Shown here: in pieces, positions 49,183-58,812 of the stretch
Numbering within the stretch: the stretch's first letter is position 1
How the letters are laid out: the number at the start of each line of letters is the position of its first letter
IMG/VR virus record: IMGVR_UViG_3300009540_000001
Location: 32,001-96,000 of that record
Source: a virus
Lineage: Duplodnaviria > Caudoviricetes
Length of the DNA stretch: 64,000 nucleotides
Reading direction: 5' to 3' (one strand)
Notes under the pieces: model-generated
What the model was told of the DNA's origin: nothing
What the model saw: the letters and a program-made list of their open reading frames with translations, nothing else
Database searches by the model: none
Translations under genes and position numbers: made by a program

Positions 49183-49998
49183 ATGCCCACCTGGAATAAC
49201 TCCGATTTCGAGCGCGAGGCGACCGACATCGCTCGTACCTTCTGGGCCGGCAAAGACCAGAATGGGAGCTCGCTCAACGAGCTCACCACGAAGGTTGCGC
49301 GCGACCACAGTCTGAACCCGGAACAGATCCGGAGGCTCTGCCGTGCGGCAAACACGCAGGCCTTCGGACAGAAGCACGCCTCGCTTCAAGGCGAGGACCG
49401 AACGCCGGAGTTCGACCTGTCCGACGCCGAGGCCGTGATCGGCTCGCTGTCGCTGGCGCTCACGGGCGCGACGAAGGTCGCCTCGGCGTTCTACGGCGCG
49501 GTGCCGGACGAGTACGCTCGCCCCGCCCCGCCCATCCCCCAAGCGTCGCTCACGAAGGTGGCGAGCGAGTACGTCGCCCCGCCGCGCGCGCTCGGCATCG
49601 AGCTCGATCGCGCCCTGCGCGAAACGAAAGACCTCGGGTACGAGCGCATCGGCTTGAACGACCTCTGGGAGACGAAGATCGCAGAGCTCAAGAGCCGCGC
49701 GAGACTTCAGACCTGGGAGCACGACGCGTTCGAGAAGAACGCCGTGGCGCTCTACGGCGCGGACGCCCTTCCCGAGCTGAACGCGCTGCGGACGGTCCTC
49801 GGTCGTGACCCGATCGAGACCGGTCCCGCGACGCTCGCGAAGCTCGGCAGCTTGCAGGAGCAGTGGCTCGGCGTCGAAGACGCGCACGCCGTCTTGCTCA
49901 AGCAGGCGATGGACCTACGCGCGCAGTACGCGACGGTAAAGGTGGCGCACGAGAAGGCGGAGGCTCGGATGAAGAGCCTGAGCGCGAGGAAGCTGTGA
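49183..49998 (+). CDS. K-x-A-rich putative head protein
   Basis: TKVAR, QKHAS, TKVAS twice, TKIAE, EKNAV, LKQAM, VKVAH. Confidence 0.62.
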   Translation: MPTWNNSDFEREATDIARTFWAGKDQNGSSLNELTTKVARDHSLNPEQIRRLCRAANTQAFGQKHASLQGEDRTPEFDLSDAEAVIGSLSLALTGATKVASAFYGAVPDEYARPAPPIPQASLTKVASEYVAPPRALGIELDRALRETKDLGYERIGLNDLWETKIAELKSRARLQTWEHDAFEKNAVALYGADALPELNALRTVLGRDPIETGPATLAKLGSLQEQWLGVEDAHAVLLKQAMDLRAQYATVKVAHEKAEARMKSLSARKL

Positions 49999-51704
49999 AC
50001 AGGTATCAACGACGCTACTTGGCGAAGTCTGCTGCCGCTGCCGCCTTTTCTCGGCATCTTGTCGATGCTGCGCGCTCGGCGCAGCACGCGCCCGTGGCGG
50101 TTGCCGGGGTGAACCGGGTTGCCCAAACGGCGCCTCAGAAGGTCGTGAGCGGGGTGAACAGGGCGGCCCAAACGGCGCCTCAGAAGGCCGTGAGCGGCGT
50201 GATGGCGAGCCCCGTCGCACGCCCTCCTGGGACGCCCCCGACGGCGGCCCAAACAGCGGGCCCGGGGCCTGTGATGCAAAGAGACTTGGGGGACTTCTCG
50301 AAGAAGAAGCTGCTCTGGGAGGCCCACGAGCGCGCGGCCCTGCGTCAGGCTGCGCCGAGCGCGCCGGTTCTCCCCGGCGGGAAGATGGCCCCCGGTACCG
50401 CGATCGACCTGACTAAAGCGGGGCACGCGCTCGATTCGCTGTGGGCGAAGTACGCGGCGTGGCAACGGACGGGAAACAACGTCAAGTCGTGGGTTCCTGA
50501 CGCGCCGCAAGCCGCTGCGCCGCAAGCCGCTGCGCCCGTCGCGACGCCCCCGGAAGGTGCCACCGCCGGGGCTCGTCCACACTCGCGCGACCAGATGTTC
50601 CAGAACGTAGGTGGCGTCAGCGCACAGGCGCCGGGGAGCGTTCCGCGTCCCGCTGCGCAACCGCCGCCTGTGCCGATGCAGGCGCACGTTCGAGACTGGC
50701 AGCCCCCGACCATCCAGGCGGGGACCCACGTACCGAACGCGCCCGCCGCGCCGCGCATCGACCCGAGGGTATCCGCGCACGACGCAGCGGAGGCGCAAGG
50801 CACACACAGCGCGAACAACGCCCACCAGATGCAGGCTGCGTCCGCGCAACATGCAGCGGCCGAAGCGCACGGCGCACGGCAGATGGGCAACAGCGCCATG
50901 GCGGCGCATCAGGGTGCCGGCTACCAAAGCATGGGGCATGGCGTTCAAGGCGCGGTGTCGGGCATCGGGCATGCCGACCAAGCCAGGCGCAGCGCGGAGA
51001 TGAACGCCGCGCTCCGCGCTCCGTCGGCTGCGGCAGCGCACTCCGCAGCTGAGCGCGCGGGGCAGGCCGCGCACGCCGTAAAGCCGGGCTTCCTCTCCCG
51101 CAACAAAGGCCGCCTCGGCCTCGCCGCTGGCGGCGCCGCACTCCTCGGCCTCGGGGCCTACGGCGCAAGCCGTGCCGCAGGCGAGCAAGACGTGAGAATC
51201 CGGGACTACATGCAGAACGCACAGCAGAACGCCGGAACGCCGTTGCCGCCGATGGCGGTGCATGCCTCGTACGACGACTTCGCGGAGCGCGCGAAGCTCG
51301 GCGAGTTGCAGCCCATGTACCCCACCGTCCAAGGGGCGCTGGCGAACTCCATGGCGACGCAGCTCGCCACCAAGTTCATCGGCGAGCCGATCGACGCGGC
51401 GCACAAGGCGTTGAAGAAGAAGTTCTACGACGAGCCCAAGCAGCAGCAGGCCTTCGACGAGGCGGTCCAGGGTGACGACATGCTGCGCGAGGCGCACACG
51501 TCGAACCCCGCGCACCTCACCGACGCGTTCTCGACGTTGAAGAAGTTCGCGCCGTCGATGGCGTCTCACCCGCAAGCGACGCGCAGCTTCTTGCGTCAGG
51601 CGCACATGGCGGGTACGCACGGTAGCGGGATGGACTTCGCCACGATCCGCATGCTGGCGGAGACGGAGAAGTTCGTGCAGAACTCGAAAGGCGTCGGACG
51701 ATGA
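49995..51704 (+). CDS. Low-complexity Ala/Gln/Pro-rich putative head/ejection protein
   Basis: Likely GTG start at 49995 (GTGA overlap); one hydrophobic Gly-rich segment; more globular C-terminal part. Confidence 0.55.
   Translation: MNRYQRRYLAKSAAAAAFSRHLVDAARSAQHAPVAVAGVNRVAQTAPQKVVSGVNRAAQTAPQKAVSGVMASPVARPPGTPPTAAQTAGPGPVMQRDLGDFSKKKLLWEAHERAALRQAAPSAPVLPGGKMAPGTAIDLTKAGHALDSLWAKYAAWQRTGNNVKSWVPDAPQAAAPQAAAPVATPPEGATAGARPHSRDQMFQNVGGVSAQAPGSVPRPAAQPPPVPMQAHVRDWQPPTIQAGTHVPNAPAAPRIDPRVSAHDAAEAQGTHSANNAHQMQAASAQHAAAEAHGARQMGNSAMAAHQGAGYQSMGHGVQGAVSGIGHADQARRSAEMNAALRAPSAAAAHSAAERAGQAAHAVKPGFLSRNKGRLGLAAGGAALLGLGAYGASRAAGEQDVRIRDYMQNAQQNAGTPLPPMAVHASYDDFAERAKLGELQPMYPTVQGALANSMATQLATKFIGEPIDAAHKALKKKFYDEPKQQQAFDEAVQGDDMLREAHTSNPAHLTDAFSTLKKFAPSMASHPQATRSFLRQAHMAGTHGSGMDFATIRMLAETEKFVQNSKGVGR
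50106..50195 (+). repeat. Two tandem 45-bp coding repeats
   Basis: Encode GVNRVAQTAPQKVVS and GVNRAAQTAPQKAVS. Confidence 0.8.
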
Positions 51705-51937
51705 ACATCCCCTCCTACTCGATCTCCAACAACCTCCGCACCGCCCTGGTCGTGCAAGGTCGCGCGAAGCTCGCGCACCAGGTCTTGTACCTTCAGGGCG
51801 AGTTCCCGCCCGCAGACACCTCGGTGAACGCGGCGGGTCGTGCCTTGTGCATGAAGCTGGCGGTCGACCTCGTGAACCACATCCAGGTGATGGATGGGGT
51901 CGCGGCGTACAAGAGCCTGAAGCGGGAAGGGACCTGA
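51701..51937 (+). CDS. Small hypothetical protein
   Basis: 78 aa, ATGA-coupled; contains AKLAH and MKLAV. Confidence 0.55.
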   Translation: MNIPSYSISNNLRTALVVQGRAKLAHQVLYLQGEFPPADTSVNAAGRALCMKLAVDLVNHIQVMDGVAAYKSLKREGT

Positions 51938-51938
51938 G

Positions 51939-52793
51939 ATGCGCCCCCTCGACACCTGGAACGCCGTCAAGCGCGCCGCCGCACAAGACGAAGACCTCGG
52001 CACCGGCCTCGCGAAGATCGCCCTGGCGCTGTGGGCGTCGCACGACGCGCACACGAAGGTCGGCCATGATCAGGCCACCCGCGAAGCGTTCGTCGCGAGC
52101 GTCGTCGGCGCCGCCGTCGTCGACGCGCAGATCGAGAAGCTCGCGCTCGACCGCAGCGACAAAGCGTTCCTGCTGAACTTGAACGCCGTCGCGGCGCTCG
52201 AAGACCTCTCGCAGTTCACGAAGTCCTCCGGCATGCTCGACTTCCTCGCGAAGCACCCTGCCGCCGTCGGAGCCGTGATTGGCGGCGCGGGCGGCGCGGG
52301 CTTCGGGGCGTACGCCGACGACGAGAACCGCCTGAGAGGCGCGGTGCGCTTCGGTGTGCCCGGCGCGATTGGCGGGGCGCTCGTGGGTCACGGCGTGCAC
52401 CAGATGAAGGCGGAGAACGCGGAGAAGGAGCTGATCAAGACGCGCGACGCAGCTAAAGCGACGCGCGACGAAGAAGCGCACGCGCTCGCCAAGGCCCGAG
52501 CAGCACGGGACGGCCAAGCGCACGGGACGCATCAAGCCCACACGCAAGCGCAGACGACGGGGCAAGAAGCGTACACGCGGCGGGAAGAGGAGCTGCACCA
52601 GCTCGAGCTCAAGCGCCGAGAGGCGCAAGTGAAACAAGAGCAGGCTAAGGCTGACGACATCAAGATGCGGGCGGAAGTCTGGCGGACGAACAACCTGAAG
52701 CCGCCCCCGCCCCCGCCACCGCCGCCTCCGCCGGCGGCGCCCACGGCTGGATCGAAACTCCAGTCGCTCCAGGGCGCGCTCTCTACGCCGTAA
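51939..52793 (+). CDS. K-x-A / glycine-zipper putative head or ejection protein
   Basis: VKRAA, AKIAL, EKLAL; GAVIGGAGGAGFGA...GAIGGALVG; coiled coil; poly-Pro tail. Confidence 0.58.
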   Translation: MRPLDTWNAVKRAAAQDEDLGTGLAKIALALWASHDAHTKVGHDQATREAFVASVVGAAVVDAQIEKLALDRSDKAFLLNLNAVAALEDLSQFTKSSGMLDFLAKHPAAVGAVIGGAGGAGFGAYADDENRLRGAVRFGVPGAIGGALVGHGVHQMKAENAEKELIKTRDAAKATRDEEAHALAKARAARDGQAHGTHQAHTQAQTTGQEAYTRREEELHQLELKRREAQVKQEQAKADDIKMRAEVWRTNNLKPPPPPPPPPPPAAPTAGSKLQSLQGALSTP

Positions 52794-52826
52794 AGACCCG
52801 CTCACGACTCATAGGTAAGGTTCTAC

Positions 52827-55805
52827 GTGGAGAAGCTCCTCGAACTCGACTCCCACTTCCCCAAGACGGGGGAGCCGACCGTCTCTCTCGTCGCCTGGGG
52901 TGACGGGCGCGGCGGGCTCACGCTCGAGAAGCGTGCGTTCGCGGAGAGCCGCTCTCCGATGTACGACTTCCTGAAGACCGTGCAGCCCGAGGCCGGGTGC
53001 TCGTTCATCCTCGTGAACGCCCTCGGCGCGTACGAGTACTACGACGACAACCGCAACGGCGACGGCTTCCCAGCGCGCCCCTTCAAGGTCGGCGAGCTCG
53101 CGACGTGCGGGCACCCCGAGTGCTCGAAGTCCCTCGACGGGTGGATCTCGGACGAGGAGACGCTCGTGCGTCACTTCAAGACGTTCGAGAAGCACGGGAA
53201 CATCTACCGGAACCACAAGAACTCGGACCCGTCGACGTCGCTCGGCTACATCCAGAAGGCCATCTGGAACGACCGGATGCACCGGGTCGAGCTGCTGCTC
53301 AAAGTCGTGAACGACCGGGCGCCGGACCTCGCGGAGCGTATTGCGTCGCACGACTCGATCCCAGTTTCGATGGGCTGCTTGGGGGTAGGTACCCCCATCA
53401 CGCTGGCTGATGGACGGCGTAAGGTCGTCGAAGATGTTGTCGTGGGCGACCGCGTACGAACACACTTGGGCAACGCGCAACGTGTGTTCGAGTTGCACCG
53501 TCGGACCTACGTCGGCGTGGTGCACACCATCAAGCCCGAGGGCGGGCCTCCGCTCACGGTCACGCACGAGCACCCATTCTTTGTTGCCAAGTTCCACGAC
53601 GTCAAACGGCGCCATGGGAAGAAGGAACGACCGTGGCTGGATGATGCTTGCGTCAACGGCGTATGGAAGTTGGCTAATGAACTCGACGCGGACAGACACC
53701 TACTGCTGCAACCGATCGACCGGACGGTTGAGACACCGGAAGAAATCACGCTGCCTCTCGCGAGGCTCCTCGGCTATTACCTAGCCGAAGGGAGCTTGCT
53801 CCGCGATGAGAACGGCCTGCATCTGGGCATCGACCTCAACTGCCACCAGGACGACGAACTGCTGAAAGAGCTCCCGTCACTGATCGAAGCGTTGCACTTG
53901 CCGGAGCCGTACATCTCCGTGCGTTCGCACAGCGCTTGCGCACGTAGCGTCCGTGTCTACTCGCAACACTTGGCCCTCCTGTGCCGCGACTTGATGGGCG
54001 TCTACTCCAAGAAGAAGTTCCTCGACGCGTCCGTCATGCTGTGGGCACCAGAACTCCAACGTGCGCTCTTCGGCGCCTACGCCAACGGTGACGGCTGCGG
54101 TAACAAGAACGGCAGCCTCCAGATCTCGACGAGCTCGGAAGAGCTGGCGACGCAGCTGCTCTCGTTGCTTCCGCGCTTCGGGGTACTCGCGAGCCATCAA
54201 GTGCTCGAGCACAAGCCCAACAAGCTCGTGAAGATCCCGACGACGGAGCACGTCGTCTACATTGGCAAGCAGTGGGCGCAGGGTCTTCGCGACGTATGCG
54301 CGAAGATCAAGACCTCCGAGGTCAAAGCGAAAAAAGAAGTTCGCAAGATCATCGGGGACTATATTGTCATCCCAATCCGTAACATCGACCGTACGGCCGG
54401 CTCCATGCCGGTCTACAACTTCGAAGTCGAAGAAGACAACAGCTACGTGGCGGGCGGCGTCGCCGTTCACAACTGCCATGTCCGCTGGGACGTCTGCACC
54501 ATCTGCGGCCACCGCGCCCCGACGCGCGCGCAGTACTGCGAGCACGCGCTGCGTTCGCTCCGTCAGGTGCTCCCCGACGGGCGCAAGGTCTCGGTGCTGA
54601 ACCCCTCTCCCAAGTTCTTCGACATCTCCTTCGTCTTCCGCCCGGCGGACCCGACGGGCTGGATGCTGAAGAAGGTGGCGGACGTGTCCCACGGCCGACC
54701 CTCGGCCGAGCTCGGCGAGCGCGTCGCCGCGTATCGCTCCCGGGCCTTGGAACTCCGCACCAACACCCAGAAGGTCGCCTCCGACCTCGCGGGCCCCTAC
54801 GGACGTGTCGCCGCCGACGTCGTCTCCGAATGGCCGGCGCTCGAGGGCCAGGCGCTCGACACGCTCGCGAAGCTCGGCTCGCTCTCCGACACGCTCTCGA
54901 CGCTCACCGCCGTGGGCGTCGTACTGAGCAACGCGGAGGTCACGCAGCTGATGGCGAAGAAGGCGGGGATCCCCTGCCCGCCGTCGGACCTCGACCGCCT
55001 CTCGGCCCTTCAGCCCGCGCTCGAGGAAGTCCTTACCCGCTACCCCTCAGCCGCCGCGAAGCTCGCCGAGCTCGTGGACTTCCGTCTTGACGGCGTAAAG
55101 CCCCAACGTCTCGCCGCCATCACGGACTGGGTCGAGAAGCGCGGCGGCTACGCGGACTACGCCCGCACGGTCGCCTACGCGCCCTCCGACACCTTCCAGC
55201 TGCCCTTCGGACCGGGCGCGTCGTACCGGGCATATCAGCCCGGTCGCACCGAGCTTCTGACGATGACCGACCCGAGCACCGGGCAGCAGTACCAGACGAC
55301 GCGCGGCGCTGCGCAAGACGCAGGGAACGAGAAGAGCCGCAGCCAGCTCGCGGGTACCGCGCTGCTCGGCGCCATGTACGCCGGCGGGCTGCGCGCGGCG
55401 CTCGGGCGTCGCGCGGGCCTGTGGACGATCCCTGTCGGGCTCGCCGCCGGGTGGGCGACGACCAAGGCGATCAAGGACAACTTCCCGGCGTTCCGGCACC
55501 CGACGTACATGACCGACCAGGGGATCCCGGTGTCAGGTGGGACAGAGTTCAACAAGGTCTCTGCGTTCGAGCGCCCCACACCGGCAGACGTCGTGCACAA
55601 GGCGGCACTCGACGAACGCCCCTTGGCGAAAATCGCCTCGCACTCCCCGAACTTCTCGTCGTGGCTCGCTTCGACTTCCCTTTCGGAGAAGGTCGCGGCT
55701 ATCGTTGCGGGTGCCGAGACGGACGCTCACGACGTCGGCGCCCCGCCCGAGCTGGACCTCGCCGTCGTCGTCCACAACGTCTGCCACATCGTGTGGGCCG
55801 ACTAA
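52827..55805 (+). CDS. Prohead (capsid maturation) protease, intein-containing, with K-x-A-rich C-terminal extension
   Basis: YRNH (candidate catalytic His), VSMG (candidate catalytic Ser), CTIC...C-x-H zinc motif, FFDISFVFRPAD resembling the E-x-S-x-V-x-x-PA end of HK97/herpes-type proteases; upstream of the capsid gene. Confidence 0.72.
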   Translation: MEKLLELDSHFPKTGEPTVSLVAWGDGRGGLTLEKRAFAESRSPMYDFLKTVQPEAGCSFILVNALGAYEYYDDNRNGDGFPARPFKVGELATCGHPECSKSLDGWISDEETLVRHFKTFEKHGNIYRNHKNSDPSTSLGYIQKAIWNDRMHRVELLLKVVNDRAPDLAERIASHDSIPVSMGCLGVGTPITLADGRRKVVEDVVVGDRVRTHLGNAQRVFELHRRTYVGVVHTIKPEGGPPLTVTHEHPFFVAKFHDVKRRHGKKERPWLDDACVNGVWKLANELDADRHLLLQPIDRTVETPEEITLPLARLLGYYLAEGSLLRDENGLHLGIDLNCHQDDELLKELPSLIEALHLPEPYISVRSHSACARSVRVYSQHLALLCRDLMGVYSKKKFLDASVMLWAPELQRALFGAYANGDGCGNKNGSLQISTSSEELATQLLSLLPRFGVLASHQVLEHKPNKLVKIPTTEHVVYIGKQWAQGLRDVCAKIKTSEVKAKKEVRKIIGDYIVIPIRNIDRTAGSMPVYNFEVEEDNSYVAGGVAVHNCHVRWDVCTICGHRAPTRAQYCEHALRSLRQVLPDGRKVSVLNPSPKFFDISFVFRPADPTGWMLKKVADVSHGRPSAELGERVAAYRSRALELRTNTQKVASDLAGPYGRVAADVVSEWPALEGQALDTLAKLGSLSDTLSTLTAVGVVLSNAEVTQLMAKKAGIPCPPSDLDRLSALQPALEEVLTRYPSAAAKLAELVDFRLDGVKPQRLAAITDWVEKRGGYADYARTVAYAPSDTFQLPFGPGASYRAYQPGRTELLTMTDPSTGQQYQTTRGAAQDAGNEKSRSQLAGTALLGAMYAGGLRAALGRRAGLWTIPVGLAAGWATTKAIKDNFPAFRHPTYMTDQGIPVSGGTEFNKVSAFERPTPADVVHKAALDERPLAKIASHSPNFSSWLASTSLSEKVAAIVAGAETDAHDVGAPPELDLAVVVHNVCHIVWAD
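53376..54473 (+). mobile_element. Intein with LAGLIDADG endonuclease (366 aa) in the protease
   Basis: Starts CLGVGTPITLADG; block B VTHEH; LLGYYLAEGS and FGAYANGDGC; ends VYNFEV...AVHN followed by Cys. Confidence 0.93.
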
Positions 55806-55823
55806 TCTACTCCCAGGAGTCCC

Positions 55824-56372
55824 ATGAACCTCGACAGCGTCCTGAAGAACCTCGACACGACCCTCGCCCCCGCCGCCGAGAAGACGGCCAGCGAGCGAGC
55901 CCCGACCACCCGCGCGAGCTCGCTCGTCGACGACGCCGTGCGCTCGGTGACGACGCGCTCGAAGACCGCCTCGGCTTCGGCCCCGGTCGAAGGCGCGCTC
56001 GACAAGCTCGCCGCGCACATGGCGAGCCAGTCGGCAGACGGCGCGGCGAAGGTCGCGCACACCATCGGGCAGGCCATGGCGGACGGCTTCGTCTCGCAGA
56101 TGTCGGTCTACGAGAACGCGGCCGAGCAGCTCAACGCGAAGACCGCGTCGGAGATCGACCCCGACCTGCTCAAGATCGCTGCCTTCGCGAAAGAAGACCC
56201 GCGCGGCTTCATGGCGTGGGCCTCGAAGCAAGCGGGCTCGGACGACGCGATCGTCAAGCAGGCCGAGATGGAGGCCGCTGAAGAGCTCGAGGCCGCGACC
56301 TTCAAGGGCGCCGCCGCTCACTGGGACGCCGGGTACGAGGTCGGCGCGCTGATGGGCTCGTCCAGGGAATGA
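55824..56372 (+). CDS. K-x-A-rich scaffold-like head protein
   Basis: 9 of 11 lysines are in K-x-A; helical and acidic; AGGAG SD. Confidence 0.65.
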   Translation: MNLDSVLKNLDTTLAPAAEKTASERAPTTRASSLVDDAVRSVTTRSKTASASAPVEGALDKLAAHMASQSADGAAKVAHTIGQAMADGFVSQMSVYENAAEQLNAKTASEIDPDLLKIAAFAKEDPRGFMAWASKQAGSDDAIVKQAEMEAAEELEAATFKGAAAHWDAGYEVGALMGSSRE

Positions 56373-56557
56373 ACCGGGCGCGCGAGCACAAGCTGATCGA
56401 GTTGCACGCCGCGATGCGCAAGGTCGCGTTCGCGGCGGTCACTCCCGAGGTCGAGAAGACCTTCGGAGAGCTGCGCGAGCAGCTCGGATCGGCGAAGCAC
56501 GCCTTCGAACTCAGCGCCCTCGACCCAACCTTCCTGCGCCACCTGACGACGGAGTAG
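56369..56557 (+). CDS. Small K-x-A protein
   Basis: 62 aa, ATGA-coupled; RKVAF, AKHAF. Confidence 0.5.
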   Translation: MNRAREHKLIELHAAMRKVAFAAVTPEVEKTFGELREQLGSAKHAFELSALDPTFLRHLTTE

Positions 56558-56561
56558 AGCA

Positions 56562-56891
56562 ATGCCCAGCTTGGACGACGCGCTCTTCGACCTCTCCCTG
56601 CGCCCGCAAGGTCGCTCGAAGAGCGCCGAGCTGCGCGACCTCGCTGGCGCGCTCAGCCGCGCGCAGCAAGAGCCCGTGACCTTCGAGGACCTGTACGCCG
56701 TAAAGACGGCCGGCGAGGCACCCGAAGCTCCGAGCGGCGACGACGCCCTTCCCGGCGCTCCGCTACGCAAGCTCGCACACGCCGTACGCGTTGCCGAACA
56801 CACCCTCGAGACTGAACGTCTCGAGAAGGTGGCCACCCTCCGACGCGCCGTTCGCGGCCTTACCCTTCTGAACGAGCGAGTGAGCAAGTGA
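56562..56891 (+). CDS. Small K-x-A protein
   Basis: SKSAE, VKTAG, RKLAH, EKVAT. Confidence 0.58.
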   Translation: MPSLDDALFDLSLRPQGRSKSAELRDLAGALSRAQQEPVTFEDLYAVKTAGEAPEAPSGDDALPGAPLRKLAHAVRVAEHTLETERLEKVATLRRAVRGLTLLNERVSK

Positions 56892-57238
56892 GCAACCCCT
56901 TCTCCAAGATCGCCTCGGCCCTCGAAGCCCTCGCGGACGAGATCGACCACGGTCCGTCCGTGGCGCCCGCGCCGGCGATCGAAGCCCCCAAGGCGTTCGA
57001 CAAGACGGCGGCCCTGAACGTCCTTCAAGACCTCGGGGTCGAAGCAGACTCGCTGCTCGAGCATCCGGCAGCGCTCGCGCTGCTCGAGAAAGTAGCTCGC
57101 TCGCGTGTCGCACCCGAACCGCTCGGTGAGCCGAGCGACTATCGAGGCTCGAGCCCGCCGGCGCCGCGCAACAAGGCGGAAGCCGTCAAGCTCGCCTACG
57201 ACGCGTTCGCAGACGGCATCATGAGCGACGCGGACTGA
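56888..57238 (+). CDS. Small K-x-A scaffold-like protein
   Basis: SKIAS, DKTAA, EKVAR, VKLAY. Confidence 0.58.
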   Translation: MSNPFSKIASALEALADEIDHGPSVAPAPAIEAPKAFDKTAALNVLQDLGVEADSLLEHPAALALLEKVARSRVAPEPLGEPSDYRGSSPPAPRNKAEAVKLAYDAFADGIMSDAD

Positions 57239-57278
57239 CCGCTCGGCCCCCTACACTAACGATCGAGGAAACTGATCC

Positions 57279-57797
57279 ATGCAGCTCAACAGCAAGTACG
57301 ACCTGATCTCCGCGACCCCGATCGTTGGTGGGCACGCCTGCCTGGCGATCTCCGACGTCCTGGCCCAGGAGGCGTTCGCCGCCTTCGAAGCGGGCTCGGG
57401 CGTGGGCACGCCGGATTCCGAAGGCTCGCCGGTTCCTGGCACACTGCTCCCGGGGCAGGTCGTGACCATGAACACGAGCGGCTACTGGGAGCTGGCGACC
57501 TCGCCGACCCTCGGCACCCCCTCGCTCCCGATCCTCATGGGCGTCATGCACGACGGCGACGAGGACTTCGACGGCGCCGCCACCGGCAAGCCCGTCGTCC
57601 TCATCGGACCGTGCGAGATCCTCACCCCGCACTACACGGGCGGCTCGTTTCCGCCCGGTTCGCAGGTGACCGTCTCCGCCGGTCTCTTCGTCCTGAAGTC
57701 CGTCGCCGCGTCGACCGTTCAGGCCGTCGGCCGCGTGGGCAACCGGGGCCTCAACAGCGCGACGGGCGTCCTGCACGTCATGTTCGGCGTCCCCTGA
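57279..57797 (+). CDS. Putative capsid decoration/cement protein
   Basis: 172-aa beta-rich protein immediately upstream of the capsid gene; ends ...QAVGRV...LHV like beta-tulip decoration proteins. Confidence 0.5.
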   Translation: MQLNSKYDLISATPIVGGHACLAISDVLAQEAFAAFEAGSGVGTPDSEGSPVPGTLLPGQVVTMNTSGYWELATSPTLGTPSLPILMGVMHDGDEDFDGAATGKPVVLIGPCEILTPHYTGGSFPPGSQVTVSAGLFVLKSVAASTVQAVGRVGNRGLNSATGVLHVMFGVP

Positions 57798-57849
57798 ACG
57801 CAACCTGAACGACGCGACCCCCTAGAAACGCTCAAGGAGACCCGACAAG

Positions 57850-58770
57850 ATGTCTTACCAGACGGAAACCACGCAGCAGCAAGCGACGCTGCTGAACCAG
57901 CGCTTCATCAGCATGCTCGAGGCAGGGCAGACGAAGCAGGCCGAAGACCAGGGCACGGCGTTCATTCGCTCGATCGTCCGCCAGGAGTGCGCCGCGCGCC
58001 TGGTGATCGTGCCGCAAGGCCTGACGAACGACGAGCTCGATCGCGACGTGAACAGCGATCTGCCCCGCAAGATCGTCGAGAAGGAGCCCGACTCCTCGGC
58101 GACGTACGTGCAGTTCGACGGCACCCCGCGCGCCCGCTGGTTCCGGGGCAAGCGCTACGTGGTCTACTTCGGTAAGACCCAGAGCGACATGTTCGTCAAG
58201 AGCAAGTTCAAGCTCATGACGTACCAGAACGACATCCGCAAGATCCTCGCTGACAACAGCGTGAAGGACCTCGCGGACCAGGAAGACATCCTCTTCCGCC
58301 GCACATGCCTCACGCTCGTGAACCGCAACGCCGCCGTGCAGCGCACCCAGATGCCGGCCTTCACGAACGCCGCGTTCGTCAAGGCGTTCCAGGCGATGGA
58401 CAAGCGCCGCCGCCCCATCGGCAAGATGCTGATGACCAACGCCCTGTACCGCGAGGCGATGAACCTCCCGGCGACCCAGGTCGGCTCGGACATCGCGAAG
58501 CGCCACTACATGGAGGGCGCCGACAAGGAGTCGATGCTCTGGGGCATCCCCGCCATTCAGACGGCGAAGACCGACATCTACAACCCCGAGGAGTGCTGGG
58601 TGTTCTCGCCGCAGAACTTCCTCGGCAACTTCTTCCTCCTGCAAGACGCCACGCTCTTCATCGAGCAGCGCGCCGACATCATCACGTTCTTCTCGTACGC
58701 CGCGCCGGGCATCGGCATCGGCAACAGCGAGTCGATGCAGCAGCTGGTCTTCGGCTCCGTCCCGACGTGA
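57850..58770 (+). CDS. Major capsid protein
   Basis: 306 aa, AAGGAG SD, highly biased codons. Positioned after protease/scaffold/decoration genes and before neck genes. LWGIP.I and GIGIGN near the C-terminus fit an HK97-fold pattern; N-terminal TKQAE. Confidence 0.72.
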   Translation: MSYQTETTQQQATLLNQRFISMLEAGQTKQAEDQGTAFIRSIVRQECAARLVIVPQGLTNDELDRDVNSDLPRKIVEKEPDSSATYVQFDGTPRARWFRGKRYVVYFGKTQSDMFVKSKFKLMTYQNDIRKILADNSVKDLADQEDILFRRTCLTLVNRNAAVQRTQMPAFTNAAFVKAFQAMDKRRRPIGKMLMTNALYREAMNLPATQVGSDIAKRHYMEGADKESMLWGIPAIQTAKTDIYNPEECWVFSPQNFLGNFFLLQDATLFIEQRADIITFFSYAAPGIGIGNSESMQQLVFGSVPT

Positions 58771-58812
58771 TCTGACTGACAGACTTAGTGCCGTAGCGTC
58801 TATGCTAGACGC

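Noticed and set aside
12742-56557. Genome-wide TAG recoding (TAG at 12742 and 48047 both precede in-frame ORFs)
   Set aside because: Long conserved genes are intact under the standard code. TAG ends other genes where the next ORF is out of frame or convergent (35111, 56557, parB, exonuclease). The 12775 gene has its own candidate promoter.
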